Shown: positions 7,097 to 15,546 of the stretch, piece after piece
Layout: the number at the start of each line of letters is the position of its first letter
Numbering within the stretch: position 1 is the stretch's first letter
Source: Candidatus Micrarchaeum sp.
GTDB taxonomy: Archaea; Micrarchaeota; Micrarchaeia; Micrarchaeales; Micrarchaeaceae
NCBI RefSeq assembly: GCF_016806735.1
Contig: NZ_CP060530.1
Location: 780,001 to 812,000, forward strand
Length of the DNA stretch: 32,000 nt
Reading direction: 5' to 3'
Notes under the pieces: generated by a model
What the model saw: only the letters and a program-made list of their open reading frames with translations
What the model was told of the DNA's origin: nothing
Databases searched by the model: none
Position numbers and translations under genes: made by a program

Positions 7097-7381
7097 ATGA
7101 CAAAGAGATCGGCAGGTTTATTCTCGGGAAAGACGAGGAACATGGCAAGGCACCACATGCCTTCAAAGCAGAGCGTACGCACTTACATAAAGGATTACGA
7201 AGTTGGAGACAAGGTAGCCATAATACCAAAGGGCAGCGTGAAGAACATACCGCACCCGAGGTATAAGGGCAGGATCGGAGTCATAAAGGAGAAGAGAGGC
7301 ACCGCATACGTTGTCGAAGTGACAATAATGAAGGCGAAAAGGACCCTGATAGTGCCTGCGATACACCTGGACAAGGCTTGA
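7097..7381 (+). CDS. rpl21e: 50S ribosomal protein L21e
   Basis: MTKRSAGLFSGKTRNM...YEVGDKVAIIPKGSVKNIPHPRYKGRIGVIKEKRGTAYVVEV matches L21e. I prefer the ATG at 7097 over the track's upstream TTG at 7070. Confidence 0.9.
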   Translation: MTKRSAGLFSGKTRNMARHHMPSKQSVRTYIKDYEVGDKVAIIPKGSVKNIPHPRYKGRIGVIKEKRGTAYVVEVTIMKAKRTLIVPAIHLDKA

Positions 7382-7385
7382 TGCC

Positions 7386-7400
7386 TTTATTTTTTGTTTT
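7386..7400 (+). terminator. Oligo-T tract downstream of rpl21e
   Basis: TTTATTTTTTGTTTT begins 5 nt after the TGA. Archaeal terminators are typically oligo-T runs. Confidence 0.4.
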
Positions 7401-7428
7401 GAGCAATAGCGCGAGCTTTGAATAATTA

Positions 7429-7447
7429 GCGCATAAAAAACATGCGC
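7429..7447. terminator. Perfect 6-bp hairpin between convergent rpl21e and DUF655 genes
   Basis: GCGCAT-aaaaaac-ATGCGC. On the minus strand the loop is T-rich, and the hairpin lies about 26 nt downstream of the DUF655 stop. Confidence 0.3.
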
Positions 7448-7472
7448 GCCGGCCGGTTGCGATGCCAAAGGC

Positions 7473-8060
7473 TCAATACCTGCGCTGCGGCTGTTCCCTC
7501 TTGAAGTAGGGCTTTGTGAATATGTAGAAGCGCTCGTTGCCCTCAAGCTCTTGCAGTATCCTCTGTGCTATCATTTCAGCAGGATCCTGGAGAAGCGCCA
7601 CCCTTGTAGTTATGTCTTCGAAGCTCTCGAACTTCTTTTCGGTCCTGGCCTTGAGTATTGCCTGAAGATGCTTCTTGCCTATCCCAGGGAGAAGCTCAAG
7701 CGAATGCTCCCTTATGTTCAACGAGCCGGAATTGTTGAAGAAATTTACGAACCTCTGCGGGTTTGACTTTATTATGCTTAGTATTATGTTCCTGAGATTG
7801 CCCTGGGCTGTCTGCGTAAGCTCGGAGTAGCTTATCCTGAACTTTATGAGCGCTATCTTGTCGCGCTCGTCCTTGCCTATGTAGACGCGCTCTGCAGTAG
7901 TTAGCGTAACTCCGGGCTTTGGCGTAGCTTCGAGAAGAGTAAACCATTCCTCGCCCATCAGCTGTGCGACTGGCTCAGACCTTGAAGAAAAAGACTTGCC
8001 AGTAGAGAGAAAATCGAGCACGAGTGCATATTCCTCCCTTCTCTCATTGTCCTTCTCCAT
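7473..8060 (-). CDS. DUF655-family protein (OB-like N-domain + helix-hairpin-helix)
   Basis: EEYALVLDFL...GEEWFTLLEA...VYIGKDERDKI... and a C-terminal HhH (LELLPGIGKKHLQAILKAR). It sits in the conserved archaeal neighbourhood with rpoF and rpl21e. Confidence 0.8.
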   Translation of the reverse strand: MEKDNERREEYALVLDFLSTGKSFSSRSEPVAQLMGEEWFTLLEATPKPGVTLTTAERVYIGKDERDKIALIKFRISYSELTQTAQGNLRNIILSIIKSNPQRFVNFFNNSGSLNIREHSLELLPGIGKKHLQAILKARTEKKFESFEDITTRVALLQDPAEMIAQRILQELEGNERFYIFTKPYFKREQPQRRY

Positions 8061-8095
8061 GTGTACAACCCTTCATCCGCTTTAATGACTTGCAT

Positions 8096-8440
8096 TCAGC
8101 TTCCTTTCCCGTTTAGTATTGCGACTACCTTGCTTACCTTCTCTTCGTTAATACCGTTCTCCTTCATCAGTATTGCCTTTGCCATCGGCGCATTCTTTGG
8201 CATTACCTCTATGAGCTTTGCCACTGCGTATTTGCTCAGGCCCAGCTCCTCAAGCTCCTTCTGCAGCTTCTCAAGCTGGGACTTCTTCTGCGGCCTGAAC
8301 TTTTCAACGTAATCGAACGCAAGTTGCTGCTCATAAGTGAACGGCTTCGAGCTCTTCTTGCGCTCCTTAAGCACTTCGTAGACATCGTAGAGCGTTGCAA
8401 CGCCCTTGTCCTCGACCTTTTTTCCTATCATTATAACCAC
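8096..8440 (-). CDS. rpoF: DNA-directed RNA polymerase subunit F (Rpo4)
   Basis: 114-aa ORF. ...ATLYDVYEVLKERKK...TYEQQLAFDYVEKF...ELGLSKYAVAKLIEVMPKN... is RpoF/Rpb4-like, with the conserved rpl21e-rpoF-DUF655 context. The true start is probably the ATG at 8431; the GTGGTTATAATG upstream of it looks like a Shine-Dalgarno sequence plus spacer. Confidence 0.8.
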   Translation of the reverse strand: MVIMIGKKVEDKGVATLYDVYEVLKERKKSSKPFTYEQQLAFDYVEKFRPQKKSQLEKLQKELEELGLSKYAVAKLIEVMPKNAPMAKAILMKENGINEEKVSKVVAILNGKGS

Positions 8441-8574
8441 TAACTATGACAGTCTATCTTTAAGGATTATTTTAAAAACAACATCTATAAAGCTTGTGTA
8501 TTGCCCTGCAGGATGCAAGCAAACATAAGCAATTCCGGCCTTTTTGAGCTCGCGCTATTGCAAGAATATTAATG

Positions 8575-8659
8575 TGGACTTCGCGGGATTTTCGCGTATG
8601 TTTCGAACCCGCAACCTCCTGCCTGCCAGACAGGCGCGCTACCGTTGTGCCAGAAGCCC
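8575..8659 (-). tRNA. tRNA-Ala (anticodon GGC) with a ~13-nt insertion (putative intron) in the T-loop
   Basis: Hand-folded on the minus strand:
- Acceptor GGGCTTC/GAAGTCC, including the G3:U70 alanine identity pair.
- D-arm GCAC-AACGGTA-GCGC, with one A:C mismatch.
- Anticodon arm CCTGT-CTGGCAG-GCAGG.
- Variable AGGTT, T-stem GCGGG/CCCGC, discriminator A73, and CCA not encoded.

The sequence between the T-stem arms is 20 nt (TTCGAAACATACGCGAAAAT) instead of 7. Confidence 0.8.
8589..8601 (-). other. Putative non-canonical tRNA intron (position ~59/60, T-loop)
   Basis: Removing ACATACGCGAAAA restores a canonical TTCGAAT T-loop. TTCG (54-57) can pair with CGAA inside the insert, leaving a 3-nt bulge (AAT) next to the T-stem, which is a relaxed bulge-helix-loop arrangement. 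The exact boundaries are ambiguous because of the A-run. Confidence 0.5.
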
Positions 8660-8671
8660 ACGAGAATAAGC

Positions 8672-8896
8672 TTAAACAGGCGATATCCAGAGTATGTTTC
8701 CCCCTCTCAGGAGTATGGTGCCGAGCTTGGCCTTGAGCTCTCCGTCATTAAGCTCTTCAGCGGCATCGAGCACTATGTTCATGTGTGCGTCGAAAGAGGT
8801 TACCTTGCCCCTTATGCTTGCGCCTCCCTTCAGCTTTATGAGTACCTGCTGCCCGATTACCTTGTTCAAAAGATCGAATGGCCTTTCCTGTGACAT
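8672..8896 (-). CDS. Sm-like (LSm) archaeal protein
   Basis: RPFDLLNKVIGQQVLIKLKGGASIRGKVTSFDAHMNIVLDAAEEL...GTILLRGGNILWISP contains the Sm1 and Sm2 motifs. GGTG lies 5 nt upstream of the ATG. The stop is 12 nt from the tRNA-Ala 5' end. Confidence 0.9.
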   Translation of the reverse strand: MSQERPFDLLNKVIGQQVLIKLKGGASIRGKVTSFDAHMNIVLDAAEELNDGELKAKLGTILLRGGNILWISPV

Positions 8897-8937
8897 ATAT
8901 ACACCAAAAAATATACTATTAAGTTTATTCTTAAGCT

Positions 8938-10068
8938 TTAAAACACTTTCTTATTTATTTCTTTAGTATCCTCGCGCGCAGCGCTTTTGAGCAGTGTTGC
9001 CCATTCTTTTGCGCATTTGTCCCAATCGAATTTCATCGAGCGCTTCCTGACATCTTTGGAAACTTTGCTTATGTTTTCAGTTATTGAGGCATAAGCTTCG
9101 CCGAACTCTCCGATTTCTTTTATTGCTTTTCCGAAACCGTATTTTTCTACCGTTTCCGTAACTCCGTGCGCGTCTAGCGCTATTGTAGGAGTACCGCAGG
9201 AAGCCGCTTCCAGTATAGAATACCCGAATCCCTCGGCAACGGAAAAGTTCAGGTTCACCCACGACTTTGATATCAATTTCGGCAGGCTCTTTTCTGGAAC
9301 CTTTCCGCAGAACTTGACTCCTTTCATTTTTCCTTCCCAAGCTGATTCCATTACTTTCTGCGTAGAAGGGCCTTTTCCGACGACATTGAGCTCTGCATTT
9401 GCATTTTTCTTTCTGGCTTCGGCCAAAGCGCTTAGCGCGAGCCAGGGCCTTTTGTAGTCTCTCATCCCAGAGAAGTAAATCATTGACGGGATTTTTGATT
9501 TTGCAGAAGGATGGAAATGCTTATGGTCGACTCCGGGAAGTATTATGCGTATGCGCTCTTTCGGTATGCCCAAGCTTACGAGATCCGATTCCGAAGAATG
9601 GGATTCGGTAACGAAAGTCGAATTTCTGTATATTATTCCATAAGCTTTCTCGATGAGCTTTATGGCCGAGGCTTGAGGGAACGGAAGCTGCCCGGATATT
9701 GTCCTTGCGTGCATGTGCCTGAAATACACAACCACAGGAACGTTTGAGAAGAAGCTTGAGAGCCATGGGACTGCGTGAGCCATGTCGTCGATTATGACGT
9801 CCGGCTTGACTTTCTTTATGAGCTTTGGGACGGACACGTGCGCAGTGATGTTCGAACTAGCGCGCGTTATTTTTATGCCGTTGAAATAATCAGAATCCTT
9901 GAGCGTTCCGTCGTTTACGGAATATAGGTTTACCGAGAAGCCCATTCCTGAAAGCCTTGAGCCTATCTCAGCTATCGAGCGCTCTGCGCCTCCAGACATT
10001 TTGTGCATCATGTCCCTGTGGTTGAGCCACAGGAGCGTGGTTTCGCTTCCAGGCATGTAAAGCGCCAA
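8938..10068 (-). CDS. Glycosyltransferase, GT4 (group 1) family
   Basis: 376-aa ORF. The C-terminal EGFGYSILEAASCGTPTIALDAHGVTETV is the EX7E / GT-B signature. The start lies 9 nt downstream of the rpoA'' stop. Confidence 0.8.
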   Translation of the reverse strand: MALYMPGSETTLLWLNHRDMMHKMSGGAERSIAEIGSRLSGMGFSVNLYSVNDGTLKDSDYFNGIKITRASSNITAHVSVPKLIKKVKPDVIIDDMAHAVPWLSSFFSNVPVVVYFRHMHARTISGQLPFPQASAIKLIEKAYGIIYRNSTFVTESHSSESDLVSLGIPKERIRIILPGVDHKHFHPSAKSKIPSMIYFSGMRDYKRPWLALSALAEARKKNANAELNVVGKGPSTQKVMESAWEGKMKGVKFCGKVPEKSLPKLISKSWVNLNFSVAEGFGYSILEAASCGTPTIALDAHGVTETVEKYGFGKAIKEIGEFGEAYASITENISKVSKDVRKRSMKFDWDKCAKEWATLLKSAAREDTKEINKKVF

Positions 10069-10077
10069 GGCAGCCGT

Positions 10078-11160
10078 TCACTTCTCGGAATAGCTGCTCT
10101 TTATTTTCTTGAGATCTTCCTTCCTTACGGCAAGCTTTATCCTTCCTGTGCCTACCGCTATCTGCTTGCCTATCAGTATGTTCTCGGCAACTCCCTTCAG
10201 CAGGTCGCGTTCGCCGAAAACGCTGGCATTCACGAAGTGCTTGACGGTTTCTTCGTATGCAGCTCTTGCGAGCACCGATGCCTTGTCTCCCGCAATCCCG
10301 TGCCTGCCTATGCTCCTTATTATGCCGGTATAGGTCATCGTATCGGCTACCAGGCTTATATGCCTGAAGCCTATGCCGAAGCCTTCATCCAAAAGCGTCT
10401 TCTGTATCTCTGAAGCTATGAGGTTCCTCGTGGCCTCTATCCCGTAGACTTTGAGCACTTCAAATATGTCGTTGGAGTATATGCGATCCTTGTCGACTCC
10501 TTCTATCTCTATGACCTTGGCCATGTTGCTGCCGCTCGTAACTATGTAGAATGCGCCGTCTTCGCTCTGCTGCACTACGGCTTTGGATATTCCAGCTATT
10601 CCCGCAACCGCAAAATTAAGTATGTGCACGAAAGCGGTGCGCATGTTCTTTGCGTCGCGCTTGCTCTTGTATTTTACGGTTATGGCTCCGGATTCGGTAG
10701 ACAGCTCTATGCCTTCGAAGTGTTTTGATATCTTTGAAGCCACCTGGGAAACCGTGAGGCTGTTCTCCGAAAGCCTTTCCCTGTTGAAGTTGAACTTTAT
10801 GGTTCCGGACTTTATGTCTTCTTCGTAGTTGGTTAGCAGCGACTTGAGCTTTATCTCTTCTATCTTCTGCTTGAGCTGCTTTACCTTTTCGTAGTCCTTG
10901 GCTATGGATTTTTCCGCCCTTATCCTCATGACCGGCAGCTTGACGCGCTTCCTTGCATCTATTATTTCTATTACCCTTGGAAGCCCTGTAGTAGTGACAA
11001 CGGACGAAACTCCTGCAGTATGGAACGACTTCAGGACCATCTGTGTTGCAGGCTCTCCCAGGGACTGCGCAGCCACGACTCCTACGGGCTCGCCGTATGA
11101 CACTTCAGGTTTTTCTTTTTTGTATTCTTTTTCGCTTTTTGATTCTGACATAATAACCAC
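10078..11160 (-). CDS. rpoA2: DNA-directed RNA polymerase subunit A'' (Rpo1C)
   Basis: GEPVGVVAAQSLGEPATQMVLKSFHTAGV... and the C-terminal ...ENILIGKQIAVGTG are typical of A''. The likely true start is the ATG at 11151 (MSESKSEK), preceded by an SD-like GTGGT. Confidence 0.95.
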   Translation of the reverse strand: MVIMSESKSEKEYKKEKPEVSYGEPVGVVAAQSLGEPATQMVLKSFHTAGVSSVVTTTGLPRVIEIIDARKRVKLPVMRIRAEKSIAKDYEKVKQLKQKIEEIKLKSLLTNYEEDIKSGTIKFNFNRERLSENSLTVSQVASKISKHFEGIELSTESGAITVKYKSKRDAKNMRTAFVHILNFAVAGIAGISKAVVQQSEDGAFYIVTSGSNMAKVIEIEGVDKDRIYSNDIFEVLKVYGIEATRNLIASEIQKTLLDEGFGIGFRHISLVADTMTYTGIIRSIGRHGIAGDKASVLARAAYEETVKHFVNASVFGERDLLKGVAENILIGKQIAVGTGRIKLAVRKEDLKKIKSSYSEK

Positions 11161-13704
11161 TCACAGCTTTTGGCTTGTTACCATTTCCATGGTCGGGTCG
11201 ATTCCGTCGCCGCCGTAGATCGTCTGTATTAGCGCGCCGCTTGCGTCTTTAACGCTGAGGTTTGTCTCAACATAGAAGTCCTGCAATGCGTTTATGAACC
11301 TGCGCTGCAGATATCCGCTGACAGCAGTTACAAGCGACTTTGTCATTGACGAGTCCCTCGAACCCATTGCATGCATATACATCTGTATTGGTGTGAGGCC
11401 GTCCTGGTAGCCGTTTGTAACAAATCCTTTGTATTCCGGATCCTTGCTGTTCTTCTTGAAATACGGAAGAACCCTTCCGGAATAGCCCCTGGACAGGCGC
11501 TTACCCCTTACCTGCTGCTGACCCAGCAGCAGCTTTATCATGAGCATGTTGAGTACGCTTCCACGTGCTCCTACTGTCGCAAGCATATAAGCGCCGTTGC
11601 TTTCGTCCGTTGTTGACGATATAAGCTTTGCCGCCTTTGTCCTGGCCTCTTCAAGCTGTGCAAGCAGCAGCATTTCGAATGTTTCCTTGCGGGTATATCC
11701 CGGAAGCGCTTCGAGCTTTTTCTTCTTGTAGCTTTCGGCAAGCTCCGCAGCCTTCTCCTTAGTCTGGCCCACTATTTCCTCCCTCTCCTTTATCTGCTTC
11801 TCGGAGTTGTAGTAGTCCTTTATTCCAACCGTAAGGCCGTACATGTATGAAACGCGCAGAGTAAGCTTCGTAAGCTTCAGTATGAACTGCTCGACGACTT
11901 CAGGCCCGTAGTGCACGAAAAGCTTTGCTATCAGCACTGCGCCAGAGCCCACGAGTTTGCTGTCCATTATGCCGGATTTCAGCTCGCCGTTCTTTATTAC
12001 GACCTTGTTGGACTTGTTGCTGTATTCGAAGCTGAAATTCTTTGGAAGCAGCATTGAGAACAGGCTCTTGCCAGAGTACATGCCGTTGCGCTGGGGCTCC
12101 GGCAGCTCGTATATGCCTATGTTCGACATCATCACCATTGCTTCCTGCTTGTCGAACATTGCGTCGTCCTTAGTGAGCAGGTATGCACCTGCTATTTCAT
12201 CTTCTATTATGAACGCTATAGGCCTCCCGTCCTTCGCTCCAAGCACTATATTCTTTGGCTGCATGAGGTATCTCGCCTCTGCCTGCGACTCTATGCTCTG
12301 CGGAACGTGCAGGTTCATTTCGTCTCCGTCAAAGTCTGCGTTGTAAGGCATTGCTATCGAGACGTTCATGCGCATGGTCTTGCCAGGGAGCACCTTTACC
12401 CTGTGCGCCATTATCGATACCCTGTGAAGCGTTGGCTGCCTGTTGAATAGCACTATGTCGTTGTCTATCAGCTGGCGCTCAAGCACGGCTCCTGGCTCGA
12501 GTACCGAGAGCAGCTCCTCCCTGTTCGTTTCCGTGACGCGCTTCCTCAGCCCGTCCTTGCCTATTACGTTTATCACAGTAGGGTATGCCGGATTCTTGAG
12601 GAATTCCCTGCCCTTCTCTATGTTCCATTTGGTAACGTAGAACGGCACAGTCATGTTTTCCGCTATGCGCATAGGTATTCCTACCTGGTTTATCGTAAGG
12701 CTTGCATCCGAAGATATTACGGTTCTAGCGGAGAAGTTGACCCTCTTTCCGGAAAGGTTGTACCTGAGCCTTCCCTCCTTGCCCTTGAGCCTCTGCGCGA
12801 GCGTCTTCAAAGGCCTGGTGCTTCTGTGCCTTGACACAGGAACTCCCGGGGTCTCGTTGTTGAAATAAGTAGTAACGTGGTATTGCAAAAGCTCCCAGAG
12901 GTCGTCTATTATTATCTGAGGCGCTCCGGCATCTATGTCCTGCTCAAGCCTCTGGTTTATCCTCATGACTTCTACGAGCTTGTGCGTCAGGTCGTCCTCG
13001 CTCCTTTCTCCCGATTCCAGGGTTATCGAAGGCCTGACGTTTACAGGAGGAACCAGCAATGCAGTAAGTATGAACCATTCCGGCCTTGTCGCGGTGCCGT
13101 CTATTCCGAGCAGCGAAAGGTCGTCGTTGCTTATGTTTGAGAGCCAGTCCCTTATCTCGTCCGGCTTCATCTTGTTCGGCCCTAGGTAGAAGAAAGTAGG
13201 CCTCTCGAACTTGAGCTTCTGCTGCATAGTGCCGCAGTGCGGGCACTTCTTTACGGATTTGAGCTTCTTTGTAAGAGTGGCAAGCGATGATGTCTCCGGA
13301 AGCGTTTCCACGACGTCCTCTTCCACGCTTATGAAGCTTTTTATAGCAGGCCTGAGCTCGGATATCTGCTCTTCGTCTAGGAGAATCCTGTGGCAGCTCT
13401 CGCATGTGGACTGCAGAAGCAGGTATATGGATTTTGAGAACTCCGGGTGCACGACAGGCCTCACGAGCTCTATGTGGCCGAAGTGGCCAACGCAGCTCTT
13501 AGCCCTTCCTCCGCAGGTCTTGCACTTTAGCCCGGGGTCTATGACTCCGAGCCTCTGGTCTACAAGCCCTCCGTCTATCGGATATCCGTCCTCGTTGTAC
13601 GTATCTGGGACTATGAGCTTAGCCACGCTCATTCTTTTGATCTCATCAGGGCTTATCGCCGTGAACCTTATGTGGTCTATTATTTCAGCCTGAACCATGT
13701 GCAC
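11161..13704 (-). CDS. rpoA1: DNA-directed RNA polymerase subunit A' (Rpo1N)
   Basis: 847 aa. It has zinc motifs (CKTCGGRAKSCVGHFGHIEL), the catalytic NADFDGDEMNLH motif and RQPTLHRVSIMAH. GAGGTG lies 5 nt upstream of the ATG. Confidence 0.97.
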   Translation of the reverse strand: MHMVQAEIIDHIRFTAISPDEIKRMSVAKLIVPDTYNEDGYPIDGGLVDQRLGVIDPGLKCKTCGGRAKSCVGHFGHIELVRPVVHPEFSKSIYLLLQSTCESCHRILLDEEQISELRPAIKSFISVEEDVVETLPETSSLATLTKKLKSVKKCPHCGTMQQKLKFERPTFFYLGPNKMKPDEIRDWLSNISNDDLSLLGIDGTATRPEWFILTALLVPPVNVRPSITLESGERSEDDLTHKLVEVMRINQRLEQDIDAGAPQIIIDDLWELLQYHVTTYFNNETPGVPVSRHRSTRPLKTLAQRLKGKEGRLRYNLSGKRVNFSARTVISSDASLTINQVGIPMRIAENMTVPFYVTKWNIEKGREFLKNPAYPTVINVIGKDGLRKRVTETNREELLSVLEPGAVLERQLIDNDIVLFNRQPTLHRVSIMAHRVKVLPGKTMRMNVSIAMPYNADFDGDEMNLHVPQSIESQAEARYLMQPKNIVLGAKDGRPIAFIIEDEIAGAYLLTKDDAMFDKQEAMVMMSNIGIYELPEPQRNGMYSGKSLFSMLLPKNFSFEYSNKSNKVVIKNGELKSGIMDSKLVGSGAVLIAKLFVHYGPEVVEQFILKLTKLTLRVSYMYGLTVGIKDYYNSEKQIKEREEIVGQTKEKAAELAESYKKKKLEALPGYTRKETFEMLLLAQLEEARTKAAKLISSTTDESNGAYMLATVGARGSVLNMLMIKLLLGQQQVRGKRLSRGYSGRVLPYFKKNSKDPEYKGFVTNGYQDGLTPIQMYMHAMGSRDSSMTKSLVTAVSGYLQRRFINALQDFYVETNLSVKDASGALIQTIYGGDGIDPTMEMVTSQKL

Positions 13705-13707
13705 ACC

Positions 13708-15531
13708 TCAGTCGCTCTTGAGCCTAAGCCTAGCCAGTATGTGCATGGACTTGAGCTCGTCCAGCAGCAGCTTGAATGCGTAGCTTATCTCAACCTCCTC
13801 CAGTTTGTTGCCTCCGCACGTCGGGCACACCGGAGTGTTCTTTATGTAATCGTAGTATCCTATGTCCCCGCAGGTCTTGCATATCCATACCGGAGCCTTG
13901 TCGCTCTGGTCCAGCATGCGCTCCTTTATGAGCAGGCTTGCGCCGTGCCCGACCAGTGCGTCGCGTTCCATCTCTCCGAACTTGAGGCCTCCCTTCCTTG
14001 GCTTTCCTTCCGTAGGCTGCCTCGTAAGTATCTGCACAGGGCCCCTGCTCCTGACCTGAAGCTTGAGGCTCACCATGTGCCACAGCCTGTGATAATATAC
14101 CACTCCGTTGAACAGCGTGGCGGAGAACTTCTTGCCGGTCCTTCCGTCGTAGAAAACCTCGTCTCCGAACTTTTCGAAGCCGTACTTTTCAAGTGTTCCC
14201 GCATAATCGTCTATGACCTCTTTTCCGTGCCTTGAGAACGGGGTTCCGTCCACGGTTTTGCCGTCAAGCGATGCCGCCTTGGCGCCGAGCATCTCGAGTA
14301 TGTGCCCGTAAGTCATCCTGTTAGGCAATCCTATTGGGTTGAGAAGCAAATCCGGAACTATTCCCTCCTTGGTGTAAGGCATATCTTCCTGCGGCACTAT
14401 GAGCGCGGTTACTCCCTTCTGGCTCTGCCTGCTTGCAAACTTGTCGCCGACTTCCGGCACCTTTATGCTCCTTATCCTTACCTTTATTATCCTTGTAGCA
14501 CCGGTAGTCTCGCTGAACATCACGCTGTCTACAGCTCCGGTTTCCCCGGAACGCAGCGTCACGGAGTTGTCCCTGCTGCGCTCTTCGCCGACTCCAAAGC
14601 TTGTCTGCTCCTCGAGGAACCTTGGCGGCGATACCTTTCCTATTATTACTTCGCCCTCGTTGACTTCAAGCTCCGGCTCAACTATGCCGTCTTCCCCAAG
14701 CTTTGAATATGCGTGCTCTCCCTTGTAGCCTTCTATCGTAGGCGGAGGCAGCTTGAAGCTGTCCTGCTGGCCTCCGGGATATCTGCGCTCCTCGTCCATG
14801 TACGACCTGTAGAATACGCTCCTCCCCAGGCCCCTGTCAACTGCAGCCTTGTTGAGCACTACTGCATCCTGCATGTTGTAGCCGTAATAGGTTGAAAGCG
14901 CAACCACGAAGTTCTGCCCGTTGGCGTGCCTCTTCATGTTCAAGGTCCTGTACGTAACGCTGTTGACTATCGGAACCTGTGGATAGTAAAGCAGGAATGC
15001 CCTTGCATCATACCTGCTGTTGAAGTTTGTAGTATATAGCCCCTGGGCTTGCTTCATGAAGTTCCATGCTATCGGGTGCCTTCCCATGCTGTTGAATTCC
15101 GGGAATACGCTGTTGTTTACCGTAAGCCCGAAGAACGATGCGGGATCCGCTTCGAGATGGGTGGTTTTCTTTGTTATTTCCGAAGGGTCCATGGCAGCCA
15201 GTATGTTCTCTTCCTCTTCGGCATCCAGGTATTCTATTATGCCCCTCCTTACAAGGAAGTTGAAGTCTATTTCTCCGGCCTTGAGCTTCTCCATTATATC
15301 TGGAGTAAGCTTAGACTGCCCGTCTTCTACGATTATGTATGGCTTCCTTACCCTTCCCTTGTCGGCATTTATGTGGACTTCGTTTATGCTCTTAATGTAG
15401 GCTACGTTTATCTCTCCGGATATCAGGCCCTTCCTTCTGTTTGACCTTATCTCAGCGGCGAACTCCTTTCCGTCTGCCACTGTTCCTATTTCCCTTCCGT
15501 CAAGATATACTCTGCATTTCTCTTCAGACAA
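13708..15531 (-). CDS. rpoB1: DNA-directed RNA polymerase subunit B' (C-terminal part of split Rpo2)
   Basis: 607 aa. It has GDKFASRQSQKGV, LLNPIGLPNRMTYGH, GGLKFGEMERDAL and a C-terminal zinc ribbon CKTCG...CPTCGG. The start is a TTG preceded by GGTGAT. Confidence 0.95.
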   Translation of the reverse strand: MSEEKCRVYLDGREIGTVADGKEFAAEIRSNRRKGLISGEINVAYIKSINEVHINADKGRVRKPYIIVEDGQSKLTPDIMEKLKAGEIDFNFLVRRGIIEYLDAEEEENILAAMDPSEITKKTTHLEADPASFFGLTVNNSVFPEFNSMGRHPIAWNFMKQAQGLYTTNFNSRYDARAFLLYYPQVPIVNSVTYRTLNMKRHANGQNFVVALSTYYGYNMQDAVVLNKAAVDRGLGRSVFYRSYMDEERRYPGGQQDSFKLPPPTIEGYKGEHAYSKLGEDGIVEPELEVNEGEVIIGKVSPPRFLEEQTSFGVGEERSRDNSVTLRSGETGAVDSVMFSETTGATRIIKVRIRSIKVPEVGDKFASRQSQKGVTALIVPQEDMPYTKEGIVPDLLLNPIGLPNRMTYGHILEMLGAKAASLDGKTVDGTPFSRHGKEVIDDYAGTLEKYGFEKFGDEVFYDGRTGKKFSATLFNGVVYYHRLWHMVSLKLQVRSRGPVQILTRQPTEGKPRKGGLKFGEMERDALVGHGASLLIKERMLDQSDKAPVWICKTCGDIGYYDYIKNTPVCPTCGGNKLEEVEISYAFKLLLDELKSMHILARLRLKSD

Positions 15532-15546
15532 AACATCACCAAAACG

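Noticed and set aside
8429-8440. rpoF and rpoA'' both appear to start with the peptide MVIM in the ORF track (GTGGTTATAATG at 8429-8440 and GTGGTTATTATG at 11149-11160), which looked like a conserved N-terminal motif.
   Set aside because: This is more simply explained as a Shine-Dalgarno-like GTGGT/GGTG element plus spacer upstream of the real ATG. The same GGTG/GTGGT element precedes rpoB'', rpoA', rpoB' and the Sm gene.
7403-8561. An exact 15-mer, GCAATAGCGCGAGCT, at 7403-7417 (plus strand, 22 nt after the rpl21e stop), with its reverse complement at 8547-8561. The second copy therefore has the same orientation relative to the minus-strand tRNA-Ala, 14 nt after its 3' end.
   Set aside because: The shared downstream-of-transcript context is suggestive of a processing or termination motif. 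However, about one exact 15-mer match is expected by chance among all position pairs on both strands of a 32-kb window, and the match does not extend. I could not find a third copy by eye. It is worth a genome-wide motif count but is not supportable from this window.
10003-15444. Numerous 60-190-aa ORFs on the plus strand and in alternative minus frames across the RNA polymerase genes (for example 13211-13693 +, 13672-14235 +, 12944-13405 -, 13790-14083 -, 15020-15400 +).
   Set aside because: All lie inside, antisense to or out of frame with strongly recognisable rpoA/rpoB coding sequence. Their products are low-complexity (Arg/Ser/Leu-rich) with no motifs. These are typical shadow ORFs.
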